DNA of 63,975 nucleotides, the filler included, from an uncultured Methanoregulaceae archaeon (lineage in GTDB: Archaea; Halobacteriota; Methanomicrobia; Methanomicrobiales; Methanospirillaceae): NCBI GenBank assembly GCA_964530035.1. It is 7 parts of 7 records of this genome, joined end to end, with 100 filler letters (N's around TTAATTAATTAA, not from the genome) between each part and the next. Parts side by side here need not be neighbours in the genome. Positions count along the whole stretch, not along the records: positions 10,116 to 20,029 come from CAZGXZ010000092.1; 6 more parts are not named here. One strand, given 5' to 3'. Both the position numbers and the translations under genes were made by a program. How positions within the stretch are numbered: position 1 is the stretch's first letter; every line of letters begins with the position of its first letter. Positions 10,116 through 20,129 of this stretch are shown in pieces. The notes under the pieces were generated by a model. That model worked only from the letters and a program-made list of their open reading frames with translations, did not search any database and was not told where the DNA came from.

Positions 10116-12402
10116 CATGGTTGCAGGGGCTCATACCCGGCCTGAGATCATCTACGCTGCCCTCATGGTCCCGCCGGTCATGGGAGCCCTCATGGTCCCG
10201 GTCGTCTTCTGGCTTACAAAGCGAATCTCCGATGGTATTTCTGGGCTTCTCGCAGCGGGCTTTATCGCGGTTGTTTCAGGACAGTATTTCTACCGGTCCT
10301 ACTTTGGATATCTCGACCACCATATCGCCGAAGTCCTGTTTTCGACACTTTTCGTCCTTGCCTATGTTATAAGCCTCCAGTATATCAGGAAAAACCCTGT
10401 TTCCCTGAACAACCGTGAAAGCCTTTTCAAGCCCGCCATCTATGGCGTCATCACCGGGATAACCTTCCTTCTCGGGCTCTATGTCATGACTACCATGCTG
10501 ATGTTTGCCCTAATCGTGGCAATCTTCACGCTGGTACTCTTTATATGGGACACCTATCACCACCGCCAGAGTGACGGCCTCCTCCTTATCAACCTGGTCC
10601 TGTTTATCGTTGCGTTCATCGGCTTCTTTGCCATTGGGATCCGTATGCCCGGGACCCAGCTCGATTTTTACACTATCGGTCAGCCGGTCGTGTTCCTCGT
10701 CATACTCGCCGGGACGGCAGTCCTGTGGATCCTGCAGCGTCTCCTCTCGGGGAAGTCCCCCCATCTCTACCTCGGTTCACTGGTCGTTGCCGGGCTTGCC
10801 CTGCTCGGGGTCCTCGGCCTTGCAGCTCCGGATTTCTTTTCAACATTCATTGGAGGGTTCACGCAGTTTTTCGGACAGAACGCGTATGCGCTGACCGTAC
10901 AGGAAGCCCGTTCCTGGACGCTCGATGATGCCATAAGAGTGTTCCAGCTCGGGCTTGTCCTGATGCTCGCCGGGTTCGTTGTCCTTCTTGTCAGGATGAA
11001 ACGCGAGGTCAGGGCGGACTACCTCTTCATTTTCATCTGGGCGCTGATGATCCTCTACTCGACCATCCAGCACGTCAGGTACGAATATTACCTCGCGGTG
11101 CCGGTATCCGTCCTGGCTGCCCTGTTTGTAGGGTACACTCTCGAGAAGATCCCGGCTGTGAGGCGTTTTAACCAGGGGCTCAATGGGAACGAAGAACCGG
11201 TCACCGAAGAAAAGACCGTCCCTGTTCAGGGAAAGGAAAAGAAAGGAGGCCAGAAGGCAAAGCCCACCCAGAGGACGGCACACATGTCCGGGGGGTCAGC
11301 GCTTCTTGCACTTGGTGCAGTCGTGCTTGCCGGGCTTTTTATCCTCATCTCCCTGACGTCGGAGCTGGGCGCCCCGCCTATTTACATGGACCAGGACTGG
11401 AAGAGTTCACTCGAGTGGTTCGGGGTGAATACCCCGGATACAGGCGTTGATTACCTGACTATCTACGATAAAAATTCCTTCCAGTACCCGAACGGAAGTT
11501 ATGGTGTCATGTCCTGGTGGGACTATGGTCACCAGATAACCTACATTTCAAAGAGGATTCCCAATTCAAACCCGTTCCAGGCGGGGGTGGCCGGACCGTA
11601 CGGCTCGGCGTCGTTCTTCATGGCCCCTGACGAGGCGTCTGCCCAGGCAATAGCCGACCACCAGGGGACCCGCTATGTCATTACCGATTTTGCCATGGAC
11701 ACCGGCAAGTTCTGGGCCATGGCGACCTGGTACAACAGCAGCGTCGGCGTTTCCCCGTACCAGCAGATCTTCCTCGTGCAGAACCCTGAGAACCCGTCCC
11801 AGTACCAGCCAATCCAGACAAACGCAGGCCAGTACTTCCATACTCTCGTCTCGCGTCTCCACAACACGGATGGGTCTATGGTCGTCCCGCAGACCGTCAG
11901 CTACATCGAATACCGTGATAACGGGGCTGACGGCTACCCCTACCCGGTCATTACCCGCGGCGAGGCCATGACCCCTGACCAGGCCCAGGCCCAGGTTGAC
12001 GCTTTCAACAAGAACCCCGTTGCCGGAACACACGCAGTTATCCTTTCAGCTGACAACTTCGAACCTACGACGACAATCGATGCCCTGAAGCATTTCAGGC
12101 TGATCCACGAGTCCCAGGGCTCCGGGGCGAAAACAACCGCAAAAGACATAAAAAATGTCAAAATTTTTGAATATGTGAAAGGTGCGAGGATTGCAGGCGA
12201 GGGCATAATAGAGATACCGCTCGTCACCGATGCCGGCAGGAATTTCACGTACCGGCAGGCAAGTGAGAACGGCAGTTTCATCGTCCCCTATTCGACGGGA
12301 TCGAATGTCGGAGTGAAGGCGCTTGGGAACTACAGGATAACCCCGGCCGGAAAGGAAGTTGCCGTATCTGAGGAGGCGGTCCTGGGCGGCCTTTCCGTCT
12401 GA
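10116..12402 (+). CDS. aglB: oligosaccharyltransferase AglB (STT3 family), 5' partial
   Basis: Multi-TM protein with GYLDHHIAE, TVQE, SWWDYGHQI and NPFQAG motifs. Confidence 0.95.
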
Positions 12403-13379
12403 TGCACCACGCCCCCTGTGCTATTTTTGGAGATATCTTCGCCCGCCACACCATCGGTCTTCATGACGAGTCCGCCTCCCGGATCATTGCCATCCATGAA
12501 TGTCTGCCGGAAGACACGGTAATCCATCCCCCTGAAAAAGCGGGGGTGGATGACCTTGCGCGAGCCCACTCCGGTAACCACATCTCATTCATCAGGGACC
12601 TGTCGGGAAGGGATGGTGAGCACTTCCTTGACCCGATGACCTACGTCACGGGAGACTCGTTCGAGGTTGCATCCTATGCCGCCGGCTCTGCAGTACTTGC
12701 AGCAAAGGAAGCCCTCAACGGCAGCTCTTCGTTTGCCCTTGTCAGGCCGCCAGGCCATCACGCCGGGCGGGAACAGGCGATGGGGTTCTGTCTTTTCAAT
12801 AACGTTGCGGTGGCAGCCCTCTATGCCCTTCAGGAAGTTGACCGTATCGCGATCATCGACTGGGACCTCCATCATGGGAACGGGACGCAGGAAATATTTT
12901 ACGAGGATGACAGGGTCCTGTTCTGCTCGATTCATGGTGCAGGCCTTTTTCCCGGCACCGGGTGGGTTGATGAGATCGGGACGGGTGAAGGGCAGGGTTT
13001 CACCATAAACGCACCACTCCTGCCGGGCTGCGGGATAGCTGACTATGAATACGTCTTTTCACAGGCGTTTCTTCCTGCGGTACGTTCTTTTTCACCAGAC
13101 CTCGTGATGATATCGGCCGGGATGGACCCGCTTGCTGATGACCCGAAAAGCGGTATGCGCCTGATACCAGGTGATTTTTCCCTGCTTACCTCTCTTGTTA
13201 CAGAGACATCAGGGAGCGCGATAGCCCTTGTCCTCGAAGGAGGATACGGACCGTCCCTTGGTCAGGCGGTCCAGGCTGTTTTTGAAGGACTCACCCGCGA
13301 ATTTCCTCCCCGGCGGGGTATACCCCGGGGGAGTACCTGTCGACTGGTCGGCCAGATCCGGTCCATAGGGATATGGTAG
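12402..13379 (+). CDS. histone deacetylase-family (AcuC/AphA) protein
   Basis: RPPGHHA, GFCLFNN, DWDLHHGNGTQ, SAGMD and LEGGY motifs. Confidence 0.95.
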   Translation: MHHAPCAIFGDIFARHTIGLHDESASRIIAIHECLPEDTVIHPPEKAGVDDLARAHSGNHISFIRDLSGRDGEHFLDPMTYVTGDSFEVASYAAGSAVLAAKEALNGSSSFALVRPPGHHAGREQAMGFCLFNNVAVAALYALQEVDRIAIIDWDLHHGNGTQEIFYEDDRVLFCSIHGAGLFPGTGWVDEIGTGEGQGFTINAPLLPGCGIADYEYVFSQAFLPAVRSFSPDLVMISAGMDPLADDPKSGMRLIPGDFSLLTSLVTETSGSAIALVLEGGYGPSLGQAVQAVFEGLTREFPPRRGIPRGSTCRLVGQIRSIGIW

Positions 13380-13413
13380 CCCCGGGACTCTCTTTAATGT
13401 CCAGTTCTACAGA

Positions 13414-13737
13414 TTGATAGGCTCGAAAAGCGATATCCCTGATATGGAAACGGAAGCGGTCAGCATCGGGATGAAGGTCCGCTACCCGCGTACCGGGACG
13501 ACAGGGACCGTGATCAGGATTGAGGAGGAGAAAGGAGAGTCATTCGCCCTCCTGGACACGACCGGCCTCCTGTACAGGATTGACCACCTGGTACCTGCAG
13601 GAGCTGTGCGTGAGAAGGGTACAGTGGCCGATGAAGAGCTCCGGGAAAAGCTGGAAAAAGAGAAGTTTTTCACGAGCGGGCTTGAAATGGGCGAAGCTAT
13701 CAAGGACCTAGACCAGAGCTGTGAAGGCGGGGGCTAG
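13414..13737 (+). CDS. DUF2098-like methanogen protein
   Basis: VRYPRTGTTG, LDTTGLLYR and a C-terminal CEGGG. True start may be ATG 13444. Confidence 0.7.
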   Translation: MIGSKSDIPDMETEAVSIGMKVRYPRTGTTGTVIRIEEEKGESFALLDTTGLLYRIDHLVPAGAVREKGTVADEELREKLEKEKFFTSGLEMGEAIKDLDQSCEGGG

Positions 13738-14156
13738 TCTGTTATAGGAATTGTCGTTAGTTTCACTGATTCCACTCCTTTTTGCGCCATGAGTCGCTCT
13801 GCAAGCTTTTTCAGGTCCTCTCCCTCACCCCGGACCAGGACAACCTCAAGGCACTGTGAATGAGTGATATGGGAGTGGATCGTGGCCTGGATTATTCCCA
13901 TGAACTCATGCTGGATATCGGTAAGCAGGGTCAGGAGCCCGCGCTGCTCATGATCATAGATCATCGTGATAACACCCTGGCGTTCTCCATGGACATCCGA
14001 CATCCACGTGTAATAGGTAATATAAGACCGGATTGCATCGCGGATACCCTCTGAACGGGATGAATAACCTCTCAGGTTGATGATATCATCGAATTTATCC
14101 AGGAGGTGCTTTGGGAGAGAAATCCCGATCCGTGACAGTTCGTTGTCTTTTGTCAT
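13734..14156 (-). CDS. nikR: nickel-responsive regulator NikR
   Basis: RIGISLP ribbon-helix-helix, RGYSSRSEGIRDAIR and HSHITHSQCLEV nickel site. Confidence 0.95.
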   Translation of the reverse strand: MTKDNELSRIGISLPKHLLDKFDDIINLRGYSSRSEGIRDAIRSYITYYTWMSDVHGERQGVITMIYDHEQRGLLTLLTDIQHEFMGIIQATIHSHITHSQCLEVVLVRGEGEDLKKLAERLMAQKGVESVKLTTIPITD

Positions 14157-14402
14157 AACAGGTCCGTCTTATGCTGTATCTTGCGGTTCATTGGAATAAT
14201 TTTTCGCACGGTCCAAAAGGGATGTATCACTTTTCTCTACCGTTTGTTTTGTGTGGGCCCTGGGCCCCTGGTTACGGTAGCAAGCCCCAAATAACAAGAC
14301 AACCGGGAAAACGTAGGATAGAGTGTCAGTCTTCAGTTCCCCTCCTAACGGGGCATATATAAGTACGAGCATTTCCAATACCATAGGGAGGTTCGATAGC
14401 CG

Positions 14403-15638
14403 TTGCACGATATCACAATACCGGGCACTAATATTGGGGTTGTAGGGCATGTCGACCATGGAAAGACAACCCTCGTCAACACCCTCACCGGTGTCTGGAC
14501 AGACCGGCATAGTGAGGAGATTAAGCGGGGTATATCCATCCGGCTCGGATATGCCGATGCCATCTTTTATAAGTGCCCCCAGTGCACGGGTTCGGACGCA
14601 TACTCCACCACATCTGTCTGTACCGCGTGTGGTGGAAAGGCCGAGCCCATCCGCTCGGTTTCCTTTGTTGATGCACCTGGTCATGAAACCCTGATGGCAA
14701 CGATGCTTTCGGGCTCGGCACTCATGGATGGTGCGATGCTCGTCATCTCCGCAAACGAACCCTGCCCGCAGCCACAGACCAAGGAACACCTGATGGCGCT
14801 CGAACTGGTTGGAATACGGCGGATTGTTATTGTCCAGAACAAGATCGATGTTGTTACCCAGAAGGAAGCGATAGCCCATTTCGAGCAGATCCGTGCCTTC
14901 GTCAAGGGCACTGTGGCTGAAGGCGCCCCAATTATCCCTGTGTCTGCCCAGAAGAACATCAACATGGGCGCTCTTGTGAGTGTACTGGCGGAGGTTATCC
15001 CTGAGCCTGAACGGGACCCTGATGCAGTACCTCTGATGCTGATTGCGCGCTCCTTTGATATCAACAAGCCCGGGTGCAACTGGAAGGAAATCAAGGGAGG
15101 TGTCATCGGCGGTTCCCTGATCAGGGGTGTCATCCATGATGGTGATGATATTGAAATACGACCTGGAATGCAGGTCCAGGCCGAAAATCGCACCCGTTGG
15201 GAACCTATCGTGACCAAGGTCACCACCATCAACAAGGGCTCGAAGAAGGTCCAGGACGCGACGCCAGGGGGACTCCTGGCGATAGGTACCAAGCTTGACC
15301 CCGCCCTCACGAAGAGTGATGCGCTCGCCGGCCAGGTTGCAGGCAGGGCAGGGGCGCTCCCGCCGGTATGGGACCGCCTGAAATTCCAGGTCACCCTGAT
15401 GGAGCGGGTCGTGGGAGCCACGAATGAACAGGTCATCGAGCCTTTGAAACACCATGAACCGCTCATGCTCTCGGTAGGTACCGCCGTAACCGTTGGGATC
15501 GTCACAAGCAACAAGAAGGATTCCGTCGAGGTAACGCTGAAACGGCCGGTATGTGCAGAGATAGGGGCGAGGATTGCAATCAGCCGGCAGGTTGGGGGAC
15601 GCTGGCGGCTCATAGGGATGGGGACGCTGACCGAATGA
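14403..15638 (+). CDS. eif2g: translation initiation factor 2 subunit gamma
   Basis: [18 protein letters not shown], zinc ribbon, DAPGHE, NKID and RWRLIG motifs. Confidence 0.98.
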   Translation: MHDITIPGTNIGVVGHVDHGKTTLVNTLTGVWTDRHSEEIKRGISIRLGYADAIFYKCPQCTGSDAYSTTSVCTACGGKAEPIRSVSFVDAPGHETLMATMLSGSALMDGAMLVISANEPCPQPQTKEHLMALELVGIRRIVIVQNKIDVVTQKEAIAHFEQIRAFVKGTVAEGAPIIPVSAQKNINMGALVSVLAEVIPEPERDPDAVPLMLIARSFDINKPGCNWKEIKGGVIGGSLIRGVIHDGDDIEIRPGMQVQAENRTRWEPIVTKVTTINKGSKKVQDATPGGLLAIGTKLDPALTKSDALAGQVAGRAGALPPVWDRLKFQVTLMERVVGATNEQVIEPLKHHEPLMLSVGTAVTVGIVTSNKKDSVEVTLKRPVCAEIGARIAISRQVGGRWRLIGMGTLTE

Positions 15639-16009
15639 TCGTACTCCTGGATACGAATGCGCTGATGATGCCGTTCCAGTTCAGGATTGACCTCATGGAT
15701 GAGCTCAGGCGCCTTTTTGGTCGTGTGACACCCGCCGTTACCTCGGGCGTAGTGGAAGAGATCAGACATCTGGCCGATGGACATGGAAAAGAAGCGGCAG
15801 CTGCCCGGGTTGGTATGCAACTGCTGGATTCCTGCACGGTCATGGACCCTGGGCTGCATGAATGCGTCGACGAGGAGATCGCTGCCTGTGCGCAGGGTGG
15901 GGGGTGTCCGGTGGTGACAAACGACCGTGAGCTCCGGGGTATCCTGCTATCACGGGGGATAACCGTGGTTTCATTAAGAAACCGACAAAAATTGGAAATT
16001 TTGAGATAA
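15635..16009 (+). CDS. PIN-domain protein (Fcf1/Utp24-like)
   Basis: [18 protein letters not shown] acidic residues. Conserved position between eif2g and rpoE1, with ATGA overlap. Confidence 0.88.
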   Translation: MIVLLDTNALMMPFQFRIDLMDELRRLFGRVTPAVTSGVVEEIRHLADGHGKEAAAARVGMQLLDSCTVMDPGLHECVDEEIAACAQGGGCPVVTNDRELRGILLSRGITVVSLRNRQKLEILR

Positions 16010-16022
16010 GGACGGTGGTATT

Positions 16023-16619
16023 GTGTATTATAGGATGGTTCTTGAAGATAAGGTCCGGGTACCACCCCAGCGGCTCGGGGAGGAGCTCCGTTCTGTTATC
16101 CTCGACGTGCTTCAGGAGCAGCTGGAGGGGAGCATCGACAAGGAAATCGGGATTTTCATCGCAATAACCCGGGTCATGAATATCGGGGAGGGCGAGATCA
16201 TCCCTGGTGACGGCGCAGTCTACTATGATGTCAGTTTTGAAGGAGTTGTGCTCAGGCTTGGTCTCCAGGAAGTCGTTGAAGGGATTGTTGTGGAAACAAC
16301 AAGTTTCGGTGCTTTCGTTTCGCTCGGTCCCATCGATGCCATGCTTCACGTAAGCCAGATCAGCGATGAATACATCAACTATGACGAGAAAAACTCGCGT
16401 CTTATCTGCCAGGACTCCAAGAGGTCGATTGGTGTCGATGACATCGTCAGGGCGCGGGTGGTGACCTTGTCGTTGAACGAAAGGGAACCGCGTGACAGCA
16501 AGATCGGCCTCACAATGAGGCAGGCCGGCCTCGGGACCCTTGTATGGCTTGAGGAAGACCTCAAACACGAGAAGGAAAAGGAAGCCGAGAAGGAGAAGGG
16601 TCAGCGTGCCGGCAGGTAA
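16023..16619 (+). CDS. rpoE1: DNA-directed RNA polymerase subunit E' (Rpo7)
   Basis: VRVPP, GDGAVYY, FGAFVSLGPIDAMLHVSQI and IGLTMRQ motifs. Confidence 0.97.
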   Translation: MYYRMVLEDKVRVPPQRLGEELRSVILDVLQEQLEGSIDKEIGIFIAITRVMNIGEGEIIPGDGAVYYDVSFEGVVLRLGLQEVVEGIVVETTSFGAFVSLGPIDAMLHVSQISDEYINYDEKNSRLICQDSKRSIGVDDIVRARVVTLSLNEREPRDSKIGLTMRQAGLGTLVWLEEDLKHEKEKEAEKEKGQRAGR

Positions 16620-16809
16620 GAAAAAACAGGCCCCTGTATGTCGTGAGTGTCACCGGGTTATCGATGGTGAGGCCTGTGCGATCTGTGGCGGGAGCACTCT
16701 TTCAACCGACTGGGCAGGATACCTTATCATCATAAAACCGGACGAGTCCGAGGTCGCCCGGCGGATGAATATCAAGCTTGCAGGCCGGTATGCCCTCAAG
16801 GTCCGCTGA
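16606..16809 (+). CDS. spt4: transcription elongation factor Spt4 (RpoE'')
   Basis: CRECH..CAICG, DWAGYLII and GRYALKVR motifs. GTG start at 16606. Confidence 0.95.
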   Translation: MPAGKKKQAPVCRECHRVIDGEACAICGGSTLSTDWAGYLIIIKPDESEVARRMNIKLAGRYALKVR

Positions 16810-17294
16810 TGCTCCGTATCAGGGGTACCAGCCGGGTTCTTTTCAAAAAACCCTTCGGCAGGCTGCATACCTCCCTTGATACCGTCCTCCCCCTCATCAG
16901 AGGCCGGACTGTTTACACGGTAGGGGACCGGGTGAGCACCGATCTGGTGGCCCGGGGAATCACTCCCTCGGTGTTGATCACCGACGGTTTTACCCTGCGT
17001 TTGCCCTGTGCCCCGGTAACGGTGACGAATGCGAATGTGATTCCTGCTAAAAATCCCGCAGGATGTCTGACGACCGATCTGTTCTCTGCTATTGCCTCAG
17101 CCCTTGCCGCGCCCCCCTCGCACATCAAGGTGGATGGCGAAGAGGACCTTGCAGTCATTCCACTTGTCCTGGAAGGTGAAGAGGGTGCAGTTCTGCTCTA
17201 TGGCCAGCCTGGCGAAGGTGTTGTCACCTGCATTATCGACGAGCAGGCCCGTTGCAGGGCGAGGGAACTGCTTGGACACTTTATCGATGAATAA
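16809..17294 (+). CDS. GTP-dependent dephospho-CoA kinase (DUF359)
   Basis: TVGDRVS, NPAG, VDGEEDLAV and LYGQPGEG motifs. Conserved operon position. Confidence 0.88.
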   Translation: MLRIRGTSRVLFKKPFGRLHTSLDTVLPLIRGRTVYTVGDRVSTDLVARGITPSVLITDGFTLRLPCAPVTVTNANVIPAKNPAGCLTTDLFSAIASALAAPPSHIKVDGEEDLAVIPLVLEGEEGAVLLYGQPGEGVVTCIIDEQARCRARELLGHFIDE

Positions 17295-17397
17295 GCATTT
17301 CCAAGGGCCTGTAACTGTATTTTTCCTGACAGGATGCTCCTCTGGTAAAGGGATCTGGTTTTAATATTGCAGAGCACGAACCATAGAGGGATATCTC

Positions 17398-17694
17398 ATG
17401 GATATAACGATCACATCGGACAGGAGGAACGAGCTGCTGGCACGCCGGGAGGTGGAGTTTGCCGTCTCTCACGACGGGGCCACTCCTTCCCGGATGATGA
17501 TCGGTGCGAAACTGGCGGCAATGCTCAATGCCCCTGAGTCCCTTCTTGTCCTTGACTCTCTCCGGACCCACTTCGGTCGTTCAGATCTCAGCTGTACGGC
17601 CCGTATATATGACAGCGAGGAAGCGAAAAAGCGGACTGAACCTGAATTCCTGATGGCACGGGGCATCCCCAAACCAAAGGAAGAGGCGGTATAA
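17398..17694 (+). CDS. rps24e: 30S ribosomal protein S24e
   Basis: NELLARREV, ATPSR, THFG and ARIYD motifs. Confidence 0.95.
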   Translation: MDITITSDRRNELLARREVEFAVSHDGATPSRMMIGAKLAAMLNAPESLLVLDSLRTHFGRSDLSCTARIYDSEEAKKRTEPEFLMARGIPKPKEEAV

Positions 17695-17697
17695 GGT

Positions 17698-17877
17698 ATG
17701 GCAGCAAAAAAAGCGAAGGATAGTGGTGTCAGGCGCGGGTCCTATTTCAAGGTTGATGGCCAGACGGTTACCGTGCTCAAGCGGTATTGTCCGAGGTGCG
17801 GACCCGGAGTCATCATGGCTGACCATAAGGACAGGGCCGCCTGCGGTAAGTGCGGATATACTGAGTTTAAGAAATAA
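17698..17877 (+). CDS. rps27ae: 30S ribosomal protein S27ae (59 aa, absent from the ORF track)
   Basis: Hand translation gives [42 protein letters not shown]. Confidence 0.96.
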   Translation: MAAKKAKDSGVRRGSYFKVDGQTVTVLKRYCPRCGPGVIMADHKDRAACGKCGYTEFKK

Positions 17878-17885
17878 TCGCCACA

Positions 17886-19448
17886 ATGAGACGTCCCAGG
17901 GTGCTTGGACTCGAGGGCACCGCATGGAACGTCAGCGCAGCTCTTTTTGAGGACGACCTTCTTGCATTGGCCCAGCACCCCTACGTCCCCCCGTCAGGAG
18001 GCATTCATCCCCGCGAGGCGGCGCAGCACCACGCGGCAGTCATAAAAGAGGTCATCGGAAAGGTGATCGGTGAACCCTCGTTGATCGAGGCCGTCGCATT
18101 TTCAATAGGACCCGGACTTGGCCCCTGCCTCAGGACAGTCGGGACTGCGGCTCGTGCTCTTGCGCTCTCGCTCGGGGTCCCCCTGCTGGGGGTAAACCAT
18201 TGTGTCGCCCATGTGGAGATAGGGAGGTATGCAACGGGATGTCCGGATCCCGTCGTACTCTATGTCAGCGGTGCCAATACCCAGGTCATCGGCTATATGA
18301 ACGGGAGGTACAGGATCTTTGGGGAAACCCTCGACATAGGTCTTGGTAACGCCCTCGACAAGCTGGCCCGGGGGTTCAGCCTCCCTCACCCCGGAGGCCC
18401 TCATATCGAAAGGCTTGCCGAATCGGGCAGATACCACGTCCTTCCCTACACTGTCAAGGGTATGGACCTCGCATTTTCAGGTCTTCTGTCCGCTGCGAGG
18501 GCCATGGATCTCCCCGTGGAGGACATCTGCAAGAGTTTCCAGGAAACTGCTTTTGCGATGTGTGCCGAAGTCGCCGAGCGCGCATTATCCCAAACTGCCA
18601 AGGATGAGCTGCTCCTTGTCGGGGGAGTTGGCGTCAACCGGCGGCTCCAGGAAATGCTCGGCTGCATGTGCGAAGAGCGGGGTGCCTCGTTTCATGTCCC
18701 AAAACCTACCTACATGGGGGACAACGGTGCGATGATCGCCTATACCGGTCAGCTCATGCTTGGGGCTGGGCAGCTCCTTGAAGTCGCGGCTTCAGCCGTG
18801 AACCCCTCATACAGGGCAGACCAGGTCATTGTCGGGTGGAGGCAGGATGTTGCAAATGAAGGCCAGGGAGCGCTACCCGGGTCATGGCACGGGGCAGAGG
18901 CGGTTGTAACATTCAGGGATGGCTATGCTGAAAAAAAGCGTGTCCCAAAAAGGTACCGTGAAAAAAGCCTTGATGCCCGGCTCATCCAGGAAAGGACCCG
19001 TGCAGAGGCCCGGTTGTTGTCTGAAGCGCGGAAAGCCGGCGTACCAACACCGGTTATCAGGGACATCTCCGGGGATACCCTCGTCATGGAGTTCATAAAG
19101 GGAGTGCCTCTTGCGGTATCTCCCCTCCCTGCGCTGGTCCGCAGGGCAGGCGAGGTCGTCGGAACGCTCCATGGTGCCGGCATCGTGCACGGTGATCTGA
19201 CAACCCGGAACATCCTTACACGGGACGGCGGGTGCACACTCATTGATTTTGGTCTTGCCCATGTTTCAAGGGAGACCGAGGCACGGGGTACAGATGTACA
19301 TGTCTTCTTCCAGACCCTGAAAAGCACCGTTCAGGACTCAGGGGAACTGATCACTGCTTTTTCCGAAGGTTACTGCTCCGTGTTTGCCGATGGGCCGGCG
19401 GTGCTGAAACGTGAAGAGGAGATCGAGGAACGGGGGCGATACTTATAA
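17886..19448 (+). CDS. kae1: bifunctional t6A synthase Kae1 / Bud32 kinase fusion
   Basis: LGLEGTAW, GGIHPREAA, NHCVAHVE and DNGAMIA Kae1 motifs, followed by the kinase motifs HGDLTTRN and IDFGL. Confidence 0.96.
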   Translation: MRRPRVLGLEGTAWNVSAALFEDDLLALAQHPYVPPSGGIHPREAAQHHAAVIKEVIGKVIGEPSLIEAVAFSIGPGLGPCLRTVGTAARALALSLGVPLLGVNHCVAHVEIGRYATGCPDPVVLYVSGANTQVIGYMNGRYRIFGETLDIGLGNALDKLARGFSLPHPGGPHIERLAESGRYHVLPYTVKGMDLAFSGLLSAARAMDLPVEDICKSFQETAFAMCAEVAERALSQTAKDELLLVGGVGVNRRLQEMLGCMCEERGASFHVPKPTYMGDNGAMIAYTGQLMLGAGQLLEVAASAVNPSYRADQVIVGWRQDVANEGQGALPGSWHGAEAVVTFRDGYAEKKRVPKRYREKSLDARLIQERTRAEARLLSEARKAGVPTPVIRDISGDTLVMEFIKGVPLAVSPLPALVRRAGEVVGTLHGAGIVHGDLTTRNILTRDGGCTLIDFGLAHVSRETEARGTDVHVFFQTLKSTVQDSGELITAFSEGYCSVFADGPAVLKREEEIEERGRYL

Positions 19449-19990
19449 AGATCACCGTAGTCACCAGCAATCCACACAAGGCTCAGGAAGTCACCGCTTT
19501 TTTTGGGGATGCCGCACGGGTTGAGCATGAACCTCTTGAAATCCCGGAGTACCGGTACGAGGAAATTGCGGTTATCGCGCGTGAAAAAGCCAGGTATGCT
19601 TTCGAAATGGTACATGGTCCCCTCATTGTCGATGATACGGGATTTTTCATCCAGGCACTCTCCGGCTTTCCCGGGTCGTGTGCTGCGTATGTCATGAAAA
19701 CCCTCGGGAATGACGGTATCCTGAAGCTCATGGAAGGTGTTGAGAATAGGGCGTCCTGGTTTGAAACCGTGATTGCTTATGCCGATGGAAGCGTCGTTAA
19801 AACCTTTTCAGGAAGGATTGACGGTATGATAGTACCCCCCAGGGGGTCCTTAGGATTCGGGTATGACCCCATATTTGAGTGGGAGGGGCGGACCCTTGCT
19901 GAGATGACAATGGAAGAAAAAAGCCGGGTATCCCATCGCGGTCGGGCACTGGCCGCATTCCGGGACTGGTTCATAGGTCATAACCCTTAA
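19445..19990 (+). CDS. rdgB: non-canonical purine NTP pyrophosphatase (RdgB/HAM1)
   Basis: (I)KITVVTSNPHK, VDDTG, GFPG, GFGYDPIF and SHRGRA motifs. The N-terminal motif lies upstream of the ORF-track start, and the inferred start codon is ATA 19445. Confidence 0.9.
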   Translation: MKITVVTSNPHKAQEVTAFFGDAARVEHEPLEIPEYRYEEIAVIAREKARYAFEMVHGPLIVDDTGFFIQALSGFPGSCAAYVMKTLGNDGILKLMEGVENRASWFETVIAYADGSVVKTFSGRIDGMIVPPRGSLGFGYDPIFEWEGRTLAEMTMEEKSRVSHRGRALAAFRDWFIGHNP

Positions 19991-20129
19991 GTGGACGCAC
20001 GTCATTGAATATAAGACAGATTTACCTACNNNNNNNNNNNNNNNNNNNNNNNNNNNNNNNNNNNNNNNNNNNNTTAATTAATTAANNNNNNNNNNNNNNN
20101 NNNNNNNNNNNNNNNNNNNNNNNNNNNNN

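Noticed and set aside
14169..15859. Long antisense ORFs (e.g. 14169-15455, 20508-21656, 40807-42372)
   Set aside because: These are shadows of well-conserved genes in GC-rich DNA and carry no motifs of their own.
17886..19448. Kae1-Bud32 fusion as a novelty
   Set aside because: This fusion is well known in methanogens and other Euryarchaeota.
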